In this document: piece by piece, positions 38,146-52,878 of the stretch
Layout: each line of letters opens with the position of its first letter
How positions within the stretch are numbered: position 1 is the stretch's first letter
Assembly (NCBI RefSeq): GCF_009914755.1
Contig: NC_060926.1
Origin: the human T2T-CHM13v2.0 reference genome, Homo sapiens
DNA length: 64,000 nt
Direction: 5' to 3' (one strand)
Translations under genes and position numbers: made by a program
Notes under the pieces: generated by a model
What the model saw: the letters and a program-made list of their open reading frames with translations, nothing else
The model's database searches: none
Told to the model about the DNA's origin: nothing

Positions 38146-41100
38146 GACAGCTTTGGCTATTCTGGGTCTTTTGAGCTTCCATATACATTTTAGGATTGTT
38201 TTTCCTATTTCTGTGAAGCATGTTATTGACATTTTGATAGGGATTACATTGAATTTGTGGATTGCTTTGAGTAATATGGATATTTTGACAATATTGATTC
38301 AATATTGATTCTTCCACTTGATGAACATGGAATATATGTTCATTTTTTTGGTGTCCTTTTCAATTTCTTTCATGAGTGTTTTATAGTTTTCATTCCAGAG
38401 ATCTTTTACTTCTTTGATTATGTTAATTCCTAGGTATTTAATTTTATTTGTTGTGATTGTAGATGGGATTAGCTTTTTATTTCTTTTTCAGATTGTTTGC
38501 TGTTGGCATACTAAAAGGCTTCTGATTTTTTTAAGTTGATATTGTATCCTGCAACTTTACTGAATTTGTTTATTAGTTCCAATAGTTTTTTGGTGGACTC
38601 TCTAGGTTTTTCCAAATATAAGATCATATCATCTGCAAACAAGGATAGTTTGATTTCTTCCTTTCCAATTTGGATGCCCATTATTTCTTTCTCTTTTATG
38701 ATTGCTCTAGCTAGGACTGCCAGTACTATGTTGAATAACAGTGATGAAAGTGGACATTTTTGTTAGGTTCCAGATCTTAGCAGAAAGGCTTTCAGGTCTT
38801 CCCCATTCAGTATGATGCTAGCTGTGGGTCTGTCACATATGGTTTTTATTATGTTGAGGTATGTTTCTTCTATACCCGTTTTTTTTAGGGTTTATATCAT
38901 GAAGGATGTTCAATTTTATCAAATGCTTTTTCAGCATTAGTTGAAGTGATCATATGGTTCATTTTGTTGATATGATGTATCCCATTGGTTGACTTGTGTA
39001 TGTTGAATTATCCTTGCATCCCTGGGATAAATCCCACTTGGTTGTGATGAATTATCTTTTTAAATATATTGTTGAATTTGCCTTGCTGGTATTTTGTTGA
39101 AGATTTTTGCATTAAAATTTATCAGAGATATTGGCCCCACAGTTTTCTTTTTTTGAAATGTCTTTGTCTGCTTTTGGTATCAGGGTAATACTGGCCTTAT
39201 AAAATGAGTTTGGAAGTATTCCCTTCTCTTCTATTTTTGGGGATAGTTGGAATAAGATTGGTATTAGTTTCTCTTTAAATGTTTGGTAGAATTCAATAGT
39301 GAAGCCATCAGGTTCTGGGCTTTTCTTTACTGGGGTACTTTTATTATGGCTTTGATCTTGTTAGTAGCTATTGGTCTGTTCAGGTTTTGGATTTCTTCCT
39401 GGTTCAATCTGGGTAGGTTGTGTATGTCTAGAAATTTATTCATTTTCTCTAGATTTTCCAGTTTATTGGCATGTAGTTGCTGATAATAGCCACTAATGAT
39501 CCTTTGAAATTCTGTGGTATCAGTTGTAATGTCTCCTTTTTCATCTCTGATTTTATTTATTTGGGTCTTCTCTTTCTTTCTTAGCCTGGCTAAAGGCTTG
39601 TCAATTTTGTTTATCTTTTCAGAAAAACAGCTTTGCATTTCTTTGATGTTTTGTATTATTTTCTTCATTTCAATTTCATTTATTTGTGCTCTGATCTTTA
39701 TCATTCATTTTTTTTCAACGAACTTTAGGTTTGGTTTGCTCTTGCTTTTCTAGTTCTTTAGGATGCATTGTTAGGTTATTTATTTGAAGTTTTTCTTCTT
39801 TTTTGATGTAGACACTTATAGCTGGAAAATTTCCTCTTAGTACTACTTTTGTTGTATCCCAAAGGTTTTGGTATATTGTGTCCATTCTCATTCGTTTCAA
39901 GACATTTTTCAGTTTCCTTCTTAATTTCTTCATTCATCTACTGGTCATTCCAAAGCATATTGTTTAATTTTTATGTGTTTGTAGTTTCTAAAATTCCACT
40001 TGCTATTAATTTCTAGTTTTATTCCATTGTTGTCAAAGAAGATGCTTGATATTATTTTAATTTTTTGAATGTTTTAAGATGTATTTTGTGATCTAACATA
40101 TGACTTAACCTTAAGAATGATCCGTATGCTGGGGAGAAGAATGTATCCTGCAGCCACTGCATGAAATGTTCTGTAAATATCTACTAGGTCTGTTTGTTCT
40201 ATAGTGTACGTTAAGTCTGATGTTTCTTCATTGATTTTCTGTGTGGAAGATCTGTCCAGTGCTGAAAGTGGGGTGATGAAGTCTCCAACTATTATTGTTT
40301 TGAGGTCTCTCTCTTTAGCTCTGATAATCTTTGCTTTGTATGGTTGAATGCTCCAGTGTTGGGTGCATATATATTTACAATTGTCATATTCTCTTTCTGA
40401 ATTGATGTTTTGTCATGATATAATGACCTTCTTTGTCTCTTCTTACAGTTTTGTCTTGAAGTCTATTTTGTCTGATATAGGAATAGCTATTTCTGCTCTT
40501 TTTTGGTTTTCATTGGCTTGGAATATCTTTTTCCATTTCTTTATTTTCAGTTTATGTGTGTCTTTATAGATGAAGTGTGTTTCTTATAGGCAACAGATCA
40601 CTGGGCCTTTTTTTGGTTTGTTTTGAATCCATTCAGCCACTCTGTGCCTTTTGATTGGAGAGTTTAGTCCACTTACATTCAATGATATTTTTGATAATTA
40701 AGGACTTACTTCTGCCATTTTGTTGTTTTCTGGTTGTTTTGTGATCTTCTCTTCTTTCTTTCCTTCCTTCCTGTCATCCTTTTAGTGAAGGTGATTTTCT
40801 CTAGTAGTATGATTTAATTTCTTGCTTTTTTGTTTATCAGTTGTATGTTTTTGATTTGAGGTTTCCATGAGGCTTACAAATACTATCTTATAACCTGTTA
40901 TTTTAAACGGATGACAACTTAACACTGATTACATAAACAACAAGCAAAAAGGAAACTAATAAAAACTCTACATTGTAACTATTTCCCCTTGCTTTTTAAC
41001 TTTTTGTTGTTTGTCTTTATGTCTTATTTTATGTCTATGTCTTCAAAAGTTGCTGTAGTTATTATTTTTGATTGTTTCATCATCTAGTCTATGTAAGATA

Positions 41101-43667
41101 AAAGTAGTTTATACACCACAATTACAGTGTTATAATACTCTGTATTTTTCTGTATGTTTACTATTACCAGTTAGTTTTGTACCTTCAGATGATTTCTTAT
41201 TGCTCATTAATATCCTTTTTCTTTTAGATAAAAGAACTTCCTCTAGCTTTTCTTGTAGGACAGGTCTGGTGTTGTTGAAATCCCTCAGCTTTTGTTTGTC
41301 TGGGAAAGTCTATTTCTCTTTCATGCTTCAAGGATGTTTTCACCAGATATACTATTCTAGTGTAAAAGTTTTTTTTTCCCTCAACACTTTAAATATGTCA
41401 TGCCACTCTCTCCTGGCCTATAAGGTTTCCAGTCTGCTGCCAGGCATATGGGAGCTACATCTTGTGTTATTTGTTTCTCTTCTTTTACTGATTTTAGGAT
41501 CCTTTCTTTATCTTGATCTTTAGGAGTTTGATTATTAAATGCCTTGAGGTAGTCTTCTTTGGGTTAAATCTGCTTGGTGTTCTATAGCCTTCTTCTACTT
41601 GGATATTGATATCTTACTCTAAATTTGCGACGTCCTCTGATATTTTCCCTTTGAATCAACTTTTTACTCCTCTCTCTTTCTCTATTTTCTCTTCAAGACC
41701 AATAACTCTTAGATTTGCCCTTTTGAGACTATCTTCTGGATCTTGTAGGCATGTTTTATTCCTTTTTCTTTTGTTTCCTCTGACTGTGTATTTTCAAATA
41801 GCCTGTCTTTAAGCTTACTCATTCTTTCTTCTGCTTGATCAATTCTGCTATTAAGAGACTCGATGCATTCTTGAGTATGGTAGTTGCATTTTTCAACTCC
41901 AGAATTTCTACTTGATTCTTTTAAATTGTTTCAACCTCTTTGTTCAATTTATCTATTAGATAGGATTCTGAATTCCTTCTCTGTGTTATCTTGAATTTTA
42001 TTAGGTTTCCTCAAAACAGCTTTTTCGAATTCTCTGTCTGAAAAGTCACATGTCTTTGTTTGAGATTGGTTCCTGGTGCCTTATTTAGTTCATTTGGTGA
42101 GGTCATGTCATGTTTTTCTGGATGTCTTGATTATTATGGATGTTCATTGGTGTTTGGGCATCAAAGAATTAGGTATTTATTGTAGTATTTGCAATCTGGG
42201 CTTTTTTGTACTCATCGTTTTTTGGGAAAGCTTCCTAGGTATTCTAAGGGACTTAGGTGTTGTGATCTAAGTTTTTGGTCACTGCAGCCATATCTGTGTT
42301 AAAGTGTACCCCAATCCCAGTAACACTGTGGCACTTGCAGACTGGTAGAGGTACTGCTTTGGTAGTCCTGGATAAGATCTGGAAGAATCCTCTGTATTAT
42401 CTGGCAGACACTCTATTTCTTTTCCCTTATTTTCTCCCAAATAAACACAGTCTGTCTGTGCTATGCTGCCTGGAGTTGGGAGAGGGGTGACATAAGCACC
42501 TCTGTGTCCACTACTACAGAGACTGTACTGGGTCAGACCTGAAGCAAGCACCGCATTAGGTACTGCCCAAGGCCCATGGTAAATACAGTCTGGCTACCAT
42601 CTATGTTTGTTTAAGAACCTAGGACTCTACAATCAGCAGGTGGTGAAACCATCAGGCTTGTGTTCTTTCCTTCAGGTCAGTGAGTTTCCTTCAGTCCTGG
42701 CTGGGTCCAGAGATGCCATCGGGAGCCAGGGCTTGGAGTCAGAAACCTTAGGAATTTACCTGGTGCTGTATTTCTACTGTGGCTGAGCTGGCACCCAAGC
42801 CAAAAGATAAAGTCCATCTCACTCATTCCTCTTCTTCCTATTAGCAGAGGAGTGTCTTTCCCCAGCCACCTTTATCCCAAGCCTGTGGTGAGTACTACCT
42901 GGCTACCACTAATGTTCACTCAAGGCCCAGTGGCTTTTCAGTCAGCTTGTTTTGAATGCTGCCAGACCTGGGACTCTCTCTTCAGGGCAGTTGGCTCCCC
43001 TCTGGTTCAGGGCAGTTCCAGAAATGCCATTTAAGATCCAAGTTCTGGAAGTGGCAACCCCAAGAAACTGCTTGGTGGTCTACTCCACTGTGGTCAAGCT
43101 GGTATCTAAGCTGCAATACAAAATCCCCTTTACTCTTCCCTCTACTTTTCTCAAACATAAGGAGTCCCCTCACTATAGCTACCACAGCTAGGAATGTGCT
43201 GGGTCTCCTCTGAACCTATCGCCTCTCTGAGTCTCACCGGGAGCCTATGGTGAGTACTCTGTGGGTACCATGGATGAGTATTGAGGGATCAAGGGCTCTT
43301 CAGTCAGCAGGTAAAGAATTTTGCCTTTCACTTCAAGGCAGCAGATTCCTTTCTGGCCCAGGGCATGCCTAGACATGTCATCTGGGAAGTAGGGCCTGGA
43401 ATAGGGGCCTCAGGACTCTTCCTGGTGCTCTATCCTACTGTGGCTGAGCTGGTATTCAAGTTGCAAGATAAAGAGCACTTTACTCTTCCCTTTCCTTTTC
43501 TCAAGGGGAAGAAAGGAGTCTCTCCTGGAGCTGTGAGCTGCATTGCCTGGGGTTGGAGGAAGGGTGATGCAAGCCCTCCAGTGGCCACCATAGCTGGTAT
43601 CTCACTGGGTCCTGTGCCCCAGAAGTCCACTGGCTCCAAGCCCAGCACAGCACCAGGACTTGCCTAG

Positions 43668-43982
<315 letters not shown>

Positions 43983-45829
43983 TAAATGCTCCTTTCCGTG
44001 GGCACCAGCTGAGTTCGGTCCAGTGTTGCTTTCTGCTCTTATAGGGCAGCACTGAGTTCCAATGCAAAGTCTCACAATCACTGTACTCTTCCTCCCCAAA
44101 GTGTGCAGATTCTTTCTCTGTGCCACGTGGCTGCTGCTGGGGTGTAGGGGACGGTTGGTATTGGTGATTCAAGAGTGTCTTTTCTACCCTCTTCAGTGCC
44201 TCTTTCAGTTATATAAAGGTAAAACCAGGTACTGTGATTACTCACCTGATTTTTGGTTCTTATGAAGGTGCTTTTTTTGTATGGACAGTTGTTCAATTTG
44301 GTGTTCCTTGGGGAGGATGATTGGTAGAGGTTTCTATTCAGCCATCTTGCTCTGCCTGTCTGCTCTGAGACATTTTGTTAAGTGACAAAAAGCATGAAAA
44401 ATATGTATAAAGACCCCATTAATGCAAAAAGTGTGTATGTGTTCATATATGATTGAAATATATAAGTAAGTAACTTAAAGGAAACCCTAAGTTGTCATGC
44501 CTTTGGAAAGTGGCACGTGTTTGGAGGTGTGGAAGCAAAGGATACAATGTTCCATTTTACACTATATATCTATATTTATAACTGTATCTGGATCTATGTC
44601 TATATCTATACCTATGTCTTGTCAATGTTGATACAGATTTCTATATCTGTATTGTTTTGGGCTTTGAGTTCATAGAGTACTCATGTAATACAAATAACCT
44701 TTTTAAAGAAAAAATGGCCCTTCAACCTAGTCCTGGATTCACTCAGAAAATTATCACTGTCAGTAGAATGAAGGGGATGGCGAGAAAAGTCTAGAAAGGA
44801 ACAAATGGTCACTTCTTGGCTCTGGTTCCTTCTTTCATCTCCCATCTTTCCAGTATAACCTGTAGCGGTAGAGAGCATCTGGTGGCACCTATGTGTGCTT
44901 GCCCAACCTTTTCATGACTCCTAGTCAACAAACACCTGAGGTTATATCTCTCTAAGTGGATGGTGCCAATTTGCAATGTTTTTACAATGCCTTGTTTCTT
45001 GTGCTTGGCTGATGTCCCTGGTGCTGCTGAGTGTGCTTGCTTGCTTTCGGTAGGTGGAATAGCAATTTGTCTTACACTCTGCTTTGCACTTGCTTAGTGG
45101 AACCACAAAGGAGAGCTTCTCATGCTGGGACCAGGACTGCAGACCATGAACTCAAAGCCCGTACTTTATTTATCAAATGGAATAGCTCTGCCAAAGGGAT
45201 CTGTTGGAAACCCTGGTGTTATTTCCCAGGAAAAAAAGATAAAGAGCCTGCATTGAGCATTTGGAGTGCTCTGCATTGGCTCATGCTAATTAGAGGTTGG
45301 TGCTGGCATGGCACCTATACCTCAGGGATGCAAATCACACCTTCCACACAGGGAATGTATAGAATAGAGAAGCCAGAAAGGCAGAAGCTTAGGATTGTCC
45401 CCTTAGCTTTTCCATTGATTATTCATTTATTCAGCAAACATTTATTAGCTTTATTGACTCTGGTCTGCTTATGGAATTAATCAGTAGGCACATATCAAAG
45501 CCCACCATTTCTATGATTTTTCTCACACTGCCCTCTCCCTTACCTATTTTGACTCATTGTTCCTGGCTTGCTTTAGTTTGTCCCTGGCTTGCTTTCTTTT
45601 GTCCCTGGCTATCTGCTCTGTTGGTTGCACCCTTGTTCCCCATAGTGAGTATTCCAGGACCCACTTGATTTGAAGGACTGCCTGGACACAATTTGCCTGC
45701 CCCAACCCACAGCTCTGTTCCTGGATTGTGATTTGCGCTTGGTTCTTTGGTTTGTTCCTGGCCCACAGAAACCAAATGAGCTTGGTCAATCCTTTGGGAT
45801 CTTCTAGGCAGTGGAGAGGATCAGATAAT

Positions 45830-46720
45830 TCCATAGCCAGGCATTGTACTGGGGACTAGTTGGGAGTGGGAGGAATTGGGGCTACAAAGACTCATTATTT
45901 ATTCATTCAAAAGACAGAAAAGTTTAAAAATACATAAAATATGTAGTCTATCAGATGTTGAAAAGTGCTTTGAAGAAAAATAAAGTATGTAAGGGGAATA
46001 AAGGGCACTGGGGTAGGAGGAAGGATGGAAATGTAATAGGGGGTTCAGAAAAGGTCTCGCTCAAAAGGCACCAGTGAGAGAGTCTGCATTGTGGATTGCT
46101 TGGGAAGAAGATACTCCAGATAATGGGAAGAGTAAGACAAAAGGCTCTGAAGTGACAGCATGCCTGGAATGTTGAAGAGTGACAGGCCAATGTGAGTAGT
46201 GACAGGAGAGGAGTCGGGGGCCATAAGCTCAGTAATATAATGGGTAGCCAAAGTGTGTGGAGCTTTGTAGTCCCTTATGAGGACTTCAGCTTTCATTGCC
46301 AATGAGGTGAGGAAGACAGTCACTACTAGTGGAGTCTCGTGAATCAAGGTGAACATCCTACAAGTGCACTACATTTGGATCATCTCATTTGGGTTGATGA
46401 AACAGGTGTCTTTGCAAGGCTGATGGAGAATAGCCATCTCTGCCAGGGGTCACTGGGGAAGAGCTGAGCCTGGAAGTATCAAGTGTTTTTCAGGCAGAAG
46501 TACTAGCATGGACAAAGGCTAGGATGTGTGATGTCATGACATCTTCAAAGAATGCATAATATTAATAGTTTGCTCAAGATGGCAGAACAAGGGTGGAGCG
46601 GCAGGAAGGGAGCTAAGGGAAGCCTAGTAAGCCGGCAGGCAGCAGATTAGACAAGCCTTATATGATGTAATAATGTGGTTAGATTTAATCCTTCAGTCAT
46701 GGAAAACCACAAGAGGTTCA
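45830..46720 (-). mobile_element. L2 fragments
   Basis: AAGTGCTTTGAAGAAAAATAAAG...AAAGGCTCTGAAG...GCATGCCTGGAATGTTGAAGAG antisense L2 pattern. Confidence 0.7.
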
Positions 46721-47059
46721 CAAATACAGAAATGTGACTTACTCATTGGGAAAAAGAACATAATTTTACTCTTATACCTCAGTTTTCACATAACAGTGGG
46801 CAGGCTCAGGATCTAGAAAAAGAAATGAGATTGAGTTCTCACTTCTCAAACAGTCCTAACTTTCCTGATTTGTGAAATGGAGTTTTTATCTGCTTTATAT
46901 ACCTCACCAGGCTGCCACAAGGAACAAAAGAGATAGTGTATATGAAAGGGCACTGCTATCTGCAGAGTGCTCATTATCCCCATTTTCTCATCCACATGAC
47001 CCAAGAGTGGGATTGGTGGACTTGGCAAAAGAATTGGGCAGTGTGCTTAAGTGGAAAAT

Positions 47060-47272
47060 ACATGGCTCTTGAGTTGAACATTAGTTGGAATCTTGGCCCA
47101 CCACATACTGACTTTGTGACCTTGGACCACGTGAAGGACCACTCTGAACCTCAATTTCCCAATTAATAAAATGGGTTTTTGCTTCCCAGGATTGGTGTAA
47201 AGATTGGAGACAAAGTGTGTGAAGTGCCTAGCCCTGTGTGTGGTCCAGAGGAGAAGCTCCGTGTTAGCTGTT
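47060..47272 (+). mobile_element. MIR
   Basis: TGTGACCTTGGAC...CTCTGAACCTCAATTTCC...TGTGAAGTGCCTAGC. Confidence 0.8.
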
Positions 47273-48134
47273 ATTTTCTGAGTGTCATCACGGTAAACAC
47301 ATGATCAGATGGATACAGTCGTCCTGTGGGCAAGATACTGTGTCTGGTGCCGTGAGGTGGAGCTATTAATGCTGGTAGGATGTGCCATTGTGCTGCTTCT
47401 TTAATAGTGAGGATGTGTTTGTGCTGGTCCTTCACCTCACCTGGATCTGTTTGTGCTTGTGGCATGCTGTACATCTGCGGTCAGGGTACATTTTGGATAC
47501 ATGGAAAAAGTGTAGCTAATGGACCCCCAGGGTACCAGGCTTTTGGCTGATATGATGAAAACTGCAGGCTCTGCATGTCTAAGCTAACTAGCTGCAGCCC
47601 AGCTTATGGCCTTTGATTCAGACAGGCCAAAGGGAAATGGAGGGTGAAACATGGGTTCATATAACTAGCTCATAATTTCCTGCTACTGAGGAGGAAAGTC
47701 TTATTTTGTCTGAATTTAACAGAACAATTGTCCACATTGATTGAATTTTCCAAAAATCTTCTCATCTCCCTCCTCTGTTTTGTTTCAGAGCACACAGCTT
47801 CACATTTAAAAGACAGAAAAAGAAAAATTACTGTACAGCTGCGATTTCTCATTTGGCAGGCACCCAGCCATTTTCTCAGAATTTGACAGAATATGATCTC
47901 TCACTTAACTCACTTCTTAATACTGCCCCTGGGCAAGACTGAATTGAATCAGACCCTGGTTCAATCGTTATCTTGGCTGAAGATTCACACCTACAGTTCT
48001 TCCTATAGATTGTTCAGTGCGGCCACAGTGGACTCTGAGAAAAACAATCAGAAAACAATGTACTTGCCAAGCTGAAACAGGGCTCACTGTTGTTTCCAGC
48101 AGGGCTGCTTTTTAACAATTCTCCACAGTCATTA

Positions 48135-48620
48135 GTTATTCATTCATTCAATAAATAATTAAGCACCTAGCATGGTGCATAATACAAATAGTATAATCTA
48201 TGGTATCTTCCTTCAGGGAACTTACAATTTAGTAGAGAAGTTAAGACGTACACAATTAACTAGATTGTCATGTGGGAGCACTAAGTGGATGAGAAATAGT
48301 AAAAGTAGGATTTGAAAGCAGGGAAAGTGACCTTTGGCTAGGAATTATTTCATGGAGCAGGTGGAAGGGTTTTGGTGGGGAGTTGAAGGAGTGGGGTATG
48401 CAGAGGTCAAGATGAGTAGGGATTGGTTGGTATCCCAATCTTAAGTGATGTGAGGAATAAGAATGGTGTGCTCTATAATTACTTTTAAAATTAAATTGAA
48501 GTGGTATCATTTGGAGTAATGCAGTCCAACAGTCTGAAACTTTTAAAGAGCATGCATAGAGGGAGATGAATTAGGAAACTAAGGGTAACAATGGATGTGG
48601 TGAGAAAGGGTGTGATTCTA
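48135..48620 (-). mobile_element. L2 3' end
   Basis: ATTCATTCATTCAATAAATAATTAAGCACCTA antisense L2 tail. Confidence 0.65.
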
Positions 48621-48829
48621 GGCATATTTTAGACTTTCCAGTATCATTTTAGCTTCTGTATGTGCTGCCTTCCCAGAAGATCCTTGTCTTTCAGTTTTCT
48701 AAAAAAATACTATTGAGGGTAATTGCTGCCTGTGTGTGACACAGACATCTTCCCTCACTCCACCTATGGCACTACTGCCCTTTGAGTTATGGCTCTGCAC
48801 CATTTCCAGCTGAGTTTCCTTAGGGTCAT

Positions 48830-49010
48830 AGAACAACAGAATGAGAGGGCTTGGGCCGAGGGAGCTTATAGTCCAATCTCTCATTTTACAGATGAGGAAA
48901 ATGAGGTTCATGGAGAGGTAAACTGGCTGGTCTAAGGCCTGACAGGTAGTTAGTAGTAGAGTGGGATCAAAACCAGGTGTCCTGATTCTGAGTCCCATGG
49001 TCTTCTTAGA
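48830..49010 (-). mobile_element. MIR
   Basis: CTCATTTTACAGATGAGGAAAATGAGG...CCAGGTGTCCTGATTC. Confidence 0.85.
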
Positions 49011-49049
49011 TCATCACCCACTATCTTGAAAGGAAACCAAGATGTGCTT

Positions 49050-49435
49050 CTCCTTTGTGGCAAAGACCATGAACCAAACTCATTTCTTCTTGCTCAAGCT
49101 AGTCTTCCCAGTTTTCTTTGCAACTAGGTGTGGCCATGTGACTGAGTTCTAGCCAGTAGAACGTCTCGGGAAGTATGAATGCTCACTCTTAGGCCTGGCC
49201 CATTAAAAACTTCCCTGCACAAGCCTCAAGCTCTTCCCCCATTTACTAACTAGATATTGATGCTCAGGGCAACCTCGGAAGCAATGTGTTAAAGATGGAG
49301 GAGCATCCATTATCCTGGAACCTTGAATGACTTCATGGAGAAGATACTCCTATCCCACCTTCCCATCCCAATTATAAATTCTATTGTGTAAGCCACTGAG
49401 ATTTGTGGGTGTGTTAAAGAAGCTATTACTGTCTT
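49050..49435 (+). mobile_element. LTR16C-like ERVL LTR
   Basis: TAGGTGTGGCCATGTGACTGAGTTCTAGCCA...AGGCCTGGCCCATTAAAAAC...TAAGCCACTGAGATTT. Confidence 0.75.
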
Positions 49436-50964
49436 ATTAATTAGATAGCTATTACTATCTAATTGCACCTTGTCACCTTAAATCTGTAGAGAGGGGATTC
49501 AGTAAGACCAACTGAAGAACTTAATATGTGCCCCCTGCAATTGGACTTGGGTTTGACTCTTCTCCAAGAAATCTAGAGGACAAGACTCTTACTCAGCAAA
49601 ACTGGGATGGATGGGTTGAGATTGGCCTGCATTCCCAGTATATATCAGGGCCAAAAGGGTAAGGACCGTTTGGTCATGCAGGAGAAAAAATCTGCCTAGA
49701 GCTGTTTTGACTCCTGTCCAAGTGGACTTTAAGGGAAGGAGACACTGATAATGAAGAGAATCTCTGGGTGGTGGGAAAACCTGAGGTGGAAGAAGAAGCA
49801 ACGGTAGAGGAACCAATGACAGTGACCCAGCATTGGAGCTGCAAGTCAGAAGGAGCCTCCAAAGAACCTTGAAATCACTCACAAAGAAAGAATCAAGTTT
49901 AAAAATTAGTTAGGCCAAGGGTAAGATGCCAATTTAAGACCCTATCAGTCAAGTAAGGGCTTTCTGAGTCCCTTTCTTCTTCTCCCTCCCTGGTGTTCCA
50001 ATTCTGGAGAGGTCAAAGAGAGATGAAGCCAACCATATGCCTTTTCTCAAGGCAGGAAGCCTGTCTATCATAGGTTTCTAACTGGTAAAGAAACGCAAAA
50101 GAGTCTTAACCATGAATGAAGATGGAAATGTGGATTAATATATTGGAGTGGAAATTATATTTTCTCAATCGAGTCTGTGTTTTACCACAGACAAATTACA
50201 TCAGAGACCAAATTACATCAGAGGGCCTGACAGAGTTTTTATCTAGTGGCAGGGGAAAAATTCCCCAGATGATAAGGTTTTCAGGGTCAGTGGGAAACAA
50301 AGAATAAAGATGATTAATTCATCAAGTGACACTTGTTTAAGGTGACACCACCAGTTCCAAGCAGCATGATAAGCTCTTGAATGGGAGTGTGGGCTGGATG
50401 TTAAGGAAGCACATGTGAAGAGTACTGAATCCAGACCTGCTGGAAATGACATCAAAACTGGAACCTAATGGAAGAAGCAGAGTAAAGGTGGAGAAGGGCT
50501 GTCCTGACCCATAGAACAGTGAGCAGTGAGCAAAGGGGACTTTAAGGAGCTGAAAAACAAAATGTACGATGACTAGAATGCAAGAAGCAGGTAGTCCAGA
50601 GTGCTGCAGAAGCCAGCTGGTAGTAAACATGTTGAGAAATTTGGATAAACTTGAGGGACCTTGGGAAGCCTTGGAAGGATTTTAAACAGAGGAATGACAT
50701 GATCTGTGTTTTAGAAATATTTCTCTGGCTGCCATGAATTGATTGGAGGAGGTAGGAGTGGAGGCTGGGAGACAGATTAAGAGGCTTCACAGGTGTGTGA
50801 TTTTTGCCAAGAGTGTTCATCTGCTACGTGTAAGATGTTTAGGTTTATTTAGGGTCACAGATTGGTCCAGGAGGTGTATCGGAAACACGAAGGACATAAA
50901 ACCTTGTCAACCTCTACTGCTCTGCCTTCTGGAACTTCAGCTCTCTGACCACAAATTCCCCTAT

Positions 50965-51166
50965 ATCAGATATTGGCAAATGATGGCCCATAGGCCAAAT
51001 CTAGTTTGTTGCCTGTTTTTGTATAGCTCACAAGAATAATTCCTACATCTTAAAGTGGTTAAAACATAAGTTTTCACTGCATGAAAATTGTGACAGAGAC
51101 TTGTGGCCCACAAAGCCTAAAATATTTATTATCTGGACCTTTAACAGAAAGTTTGCTCACCCCTGC
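50965..51166. mobile_element. MER58B-like hAT MITE
   Basis: TTGGCAAATGATGGCCCATAGGCCAAATC...GGCCCACAAAGCCTAAAATATTTA...AAAGTTTGCTCACCCCTG. Confidence 0.8.
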
Positions 51167-51284
51167 CATGTATCCTCAATCTATACTTAAAATATTTCTT
51201 TTTTCACTTTCTCATCTTAACTTATTAGAATCAACTTTGGCTTCGTATTGTACTTACCTGGGGATCCTAAAAAGTTCTTATATG

Positions 51285-51576
51285 GGCTGGGCGGGGTGGC
51301 TTACGCCTGTAATCCCAGCACTCTGGGAGGCCGAGGCAGGCGGATTGCCTGAATTCAGGAGTTCGAGACCAGTATGGCCAACATGGTGAAACTCCATCTC
51401 TACAAAAATACAAAAAAGTTAGCTGGGCATGTTGGCATGCACCTGTAATCCCAACTACTCGGGAGGCTGAGTCAGGGGTATTACTTGAACCAGGGAGGTG
51501 GAGGTTTCAGTGAGCTGAGATCACACCACTGCACTCCAGCCTGGGTGACAGAGCAAGACTCTGTCTCAAAAAAAAA
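51285..51576 (+). mobile_element. AluS inserted in a MER5-type element (approx. 51230-51706)
   Basis: Full Alu dimer with A tail; TSD aaaaagttcttata/aaaaagttctaata; flank GAGATTCTGATTTAAT...GGCCTGAGCATTGGATTTTT is MER5-like. Confidence 0.93.
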
Positions 51577-52042
51577 AAAAAGTTCTAATACATAGGATTC
51601 ATTCTGAGAGATTCTGATTTAATCAGCCTGGGGATATGGCCTGAGCATTGGATTTTTAAATATTTATCACGTGGTCCTAATGTGTATCTAAGCTTGGAAC
51701 CCCTGCATAATAAAAACCTGCCTGCCCCCAAGGGCATCTCTTAAGTGGACACTGTGTTCCACATTTCACATACCTTAGGGCAGGATATGGGTTAGTATCT
51801 ATCCTGCTTCCAGGCCATGAACTCCTTTCTGCGTTTCAAAATTATTAGGTTTGAGGGTTAGCCACTCAGCTCTGAATACCCTTGCCCTATACTGGTTTAT
51901 CATGGAGATTTCTTTACCGCTTTTATTCATTATTTTACCATCTGACTCATAGTCTAATTCTTCATATAATTCTTGGTGACTTCATCATCAACATGAACCA
52001 TCCGGTGCTTGAGAACTTGAGTAGTTAAAACTACTCATCTTT

Positions 52043-52338
52043 TTTTTTTTTTTTTGAGACAAGGTCTGGCTCTGTTGCCCAGGCTGGAGTGTAGTGACGC
52101 AATCTTGGCTCACTACAATCTCTGCCTCCTGGACTCAAGCCATCCTCCCACCTCAGCCTCCTGAGTAGCTGTGACTATAGGTGCACACCGCCATGCTCTG
52201 CTAATTTTTGTATTTTTAGCAGAGATGGGGTTTTCATCATGTTGCCCAGTCTGGTGTTGAACTCCTGAGCACAAGCGATCTGCCTGCCTTGGCCACCCAA
52301 AGTGCTGGGATTACAGGCATGAACCACTGCACCTAGCT
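52043..52338 (-). mobile_element. AluJ
   Basis: CTCAAGCCATCCTCCCACCTCAGCC (J-type); TSD aaaactactcatcttt/aaacctactcatcttt. Confidence 0.94.
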
Positions 52339-52486
52339 AAACCTACTCATCTTTAATGACCATTCTGTTGCCTCCTCCTCAACCACAAAATCTCATGGCC
52401 ACACCTTGGACCCCAGGACTGCCATCACATATAAAATCTCAATTTTAAACATGTTACTTTCCAACCTTAACTTCCCACCCTTCTAG

Positions 52487-52878
<392 letters not shown>

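Noticed and set aside
44871-44890. CTCF site (minus strand GCCACCAGATGCTC)
   Set aside because: Mismatches at the conserved GC positions; cannot be called without data
45556-45615. Short direct-repeat arrays (also 18205-18256, 38290-38311, 50192-50223, 63440-63503) as CRISPR-like
   Set aside because: Only two or three adjacent copies without unique spacers, in primate DNA; ordinary slippage duplications
46530-46543. 14-bp palindromes (also 3762-3775)
   Set aside because: A few 7-bp-arm palindromes are expected by chance in 64 kb
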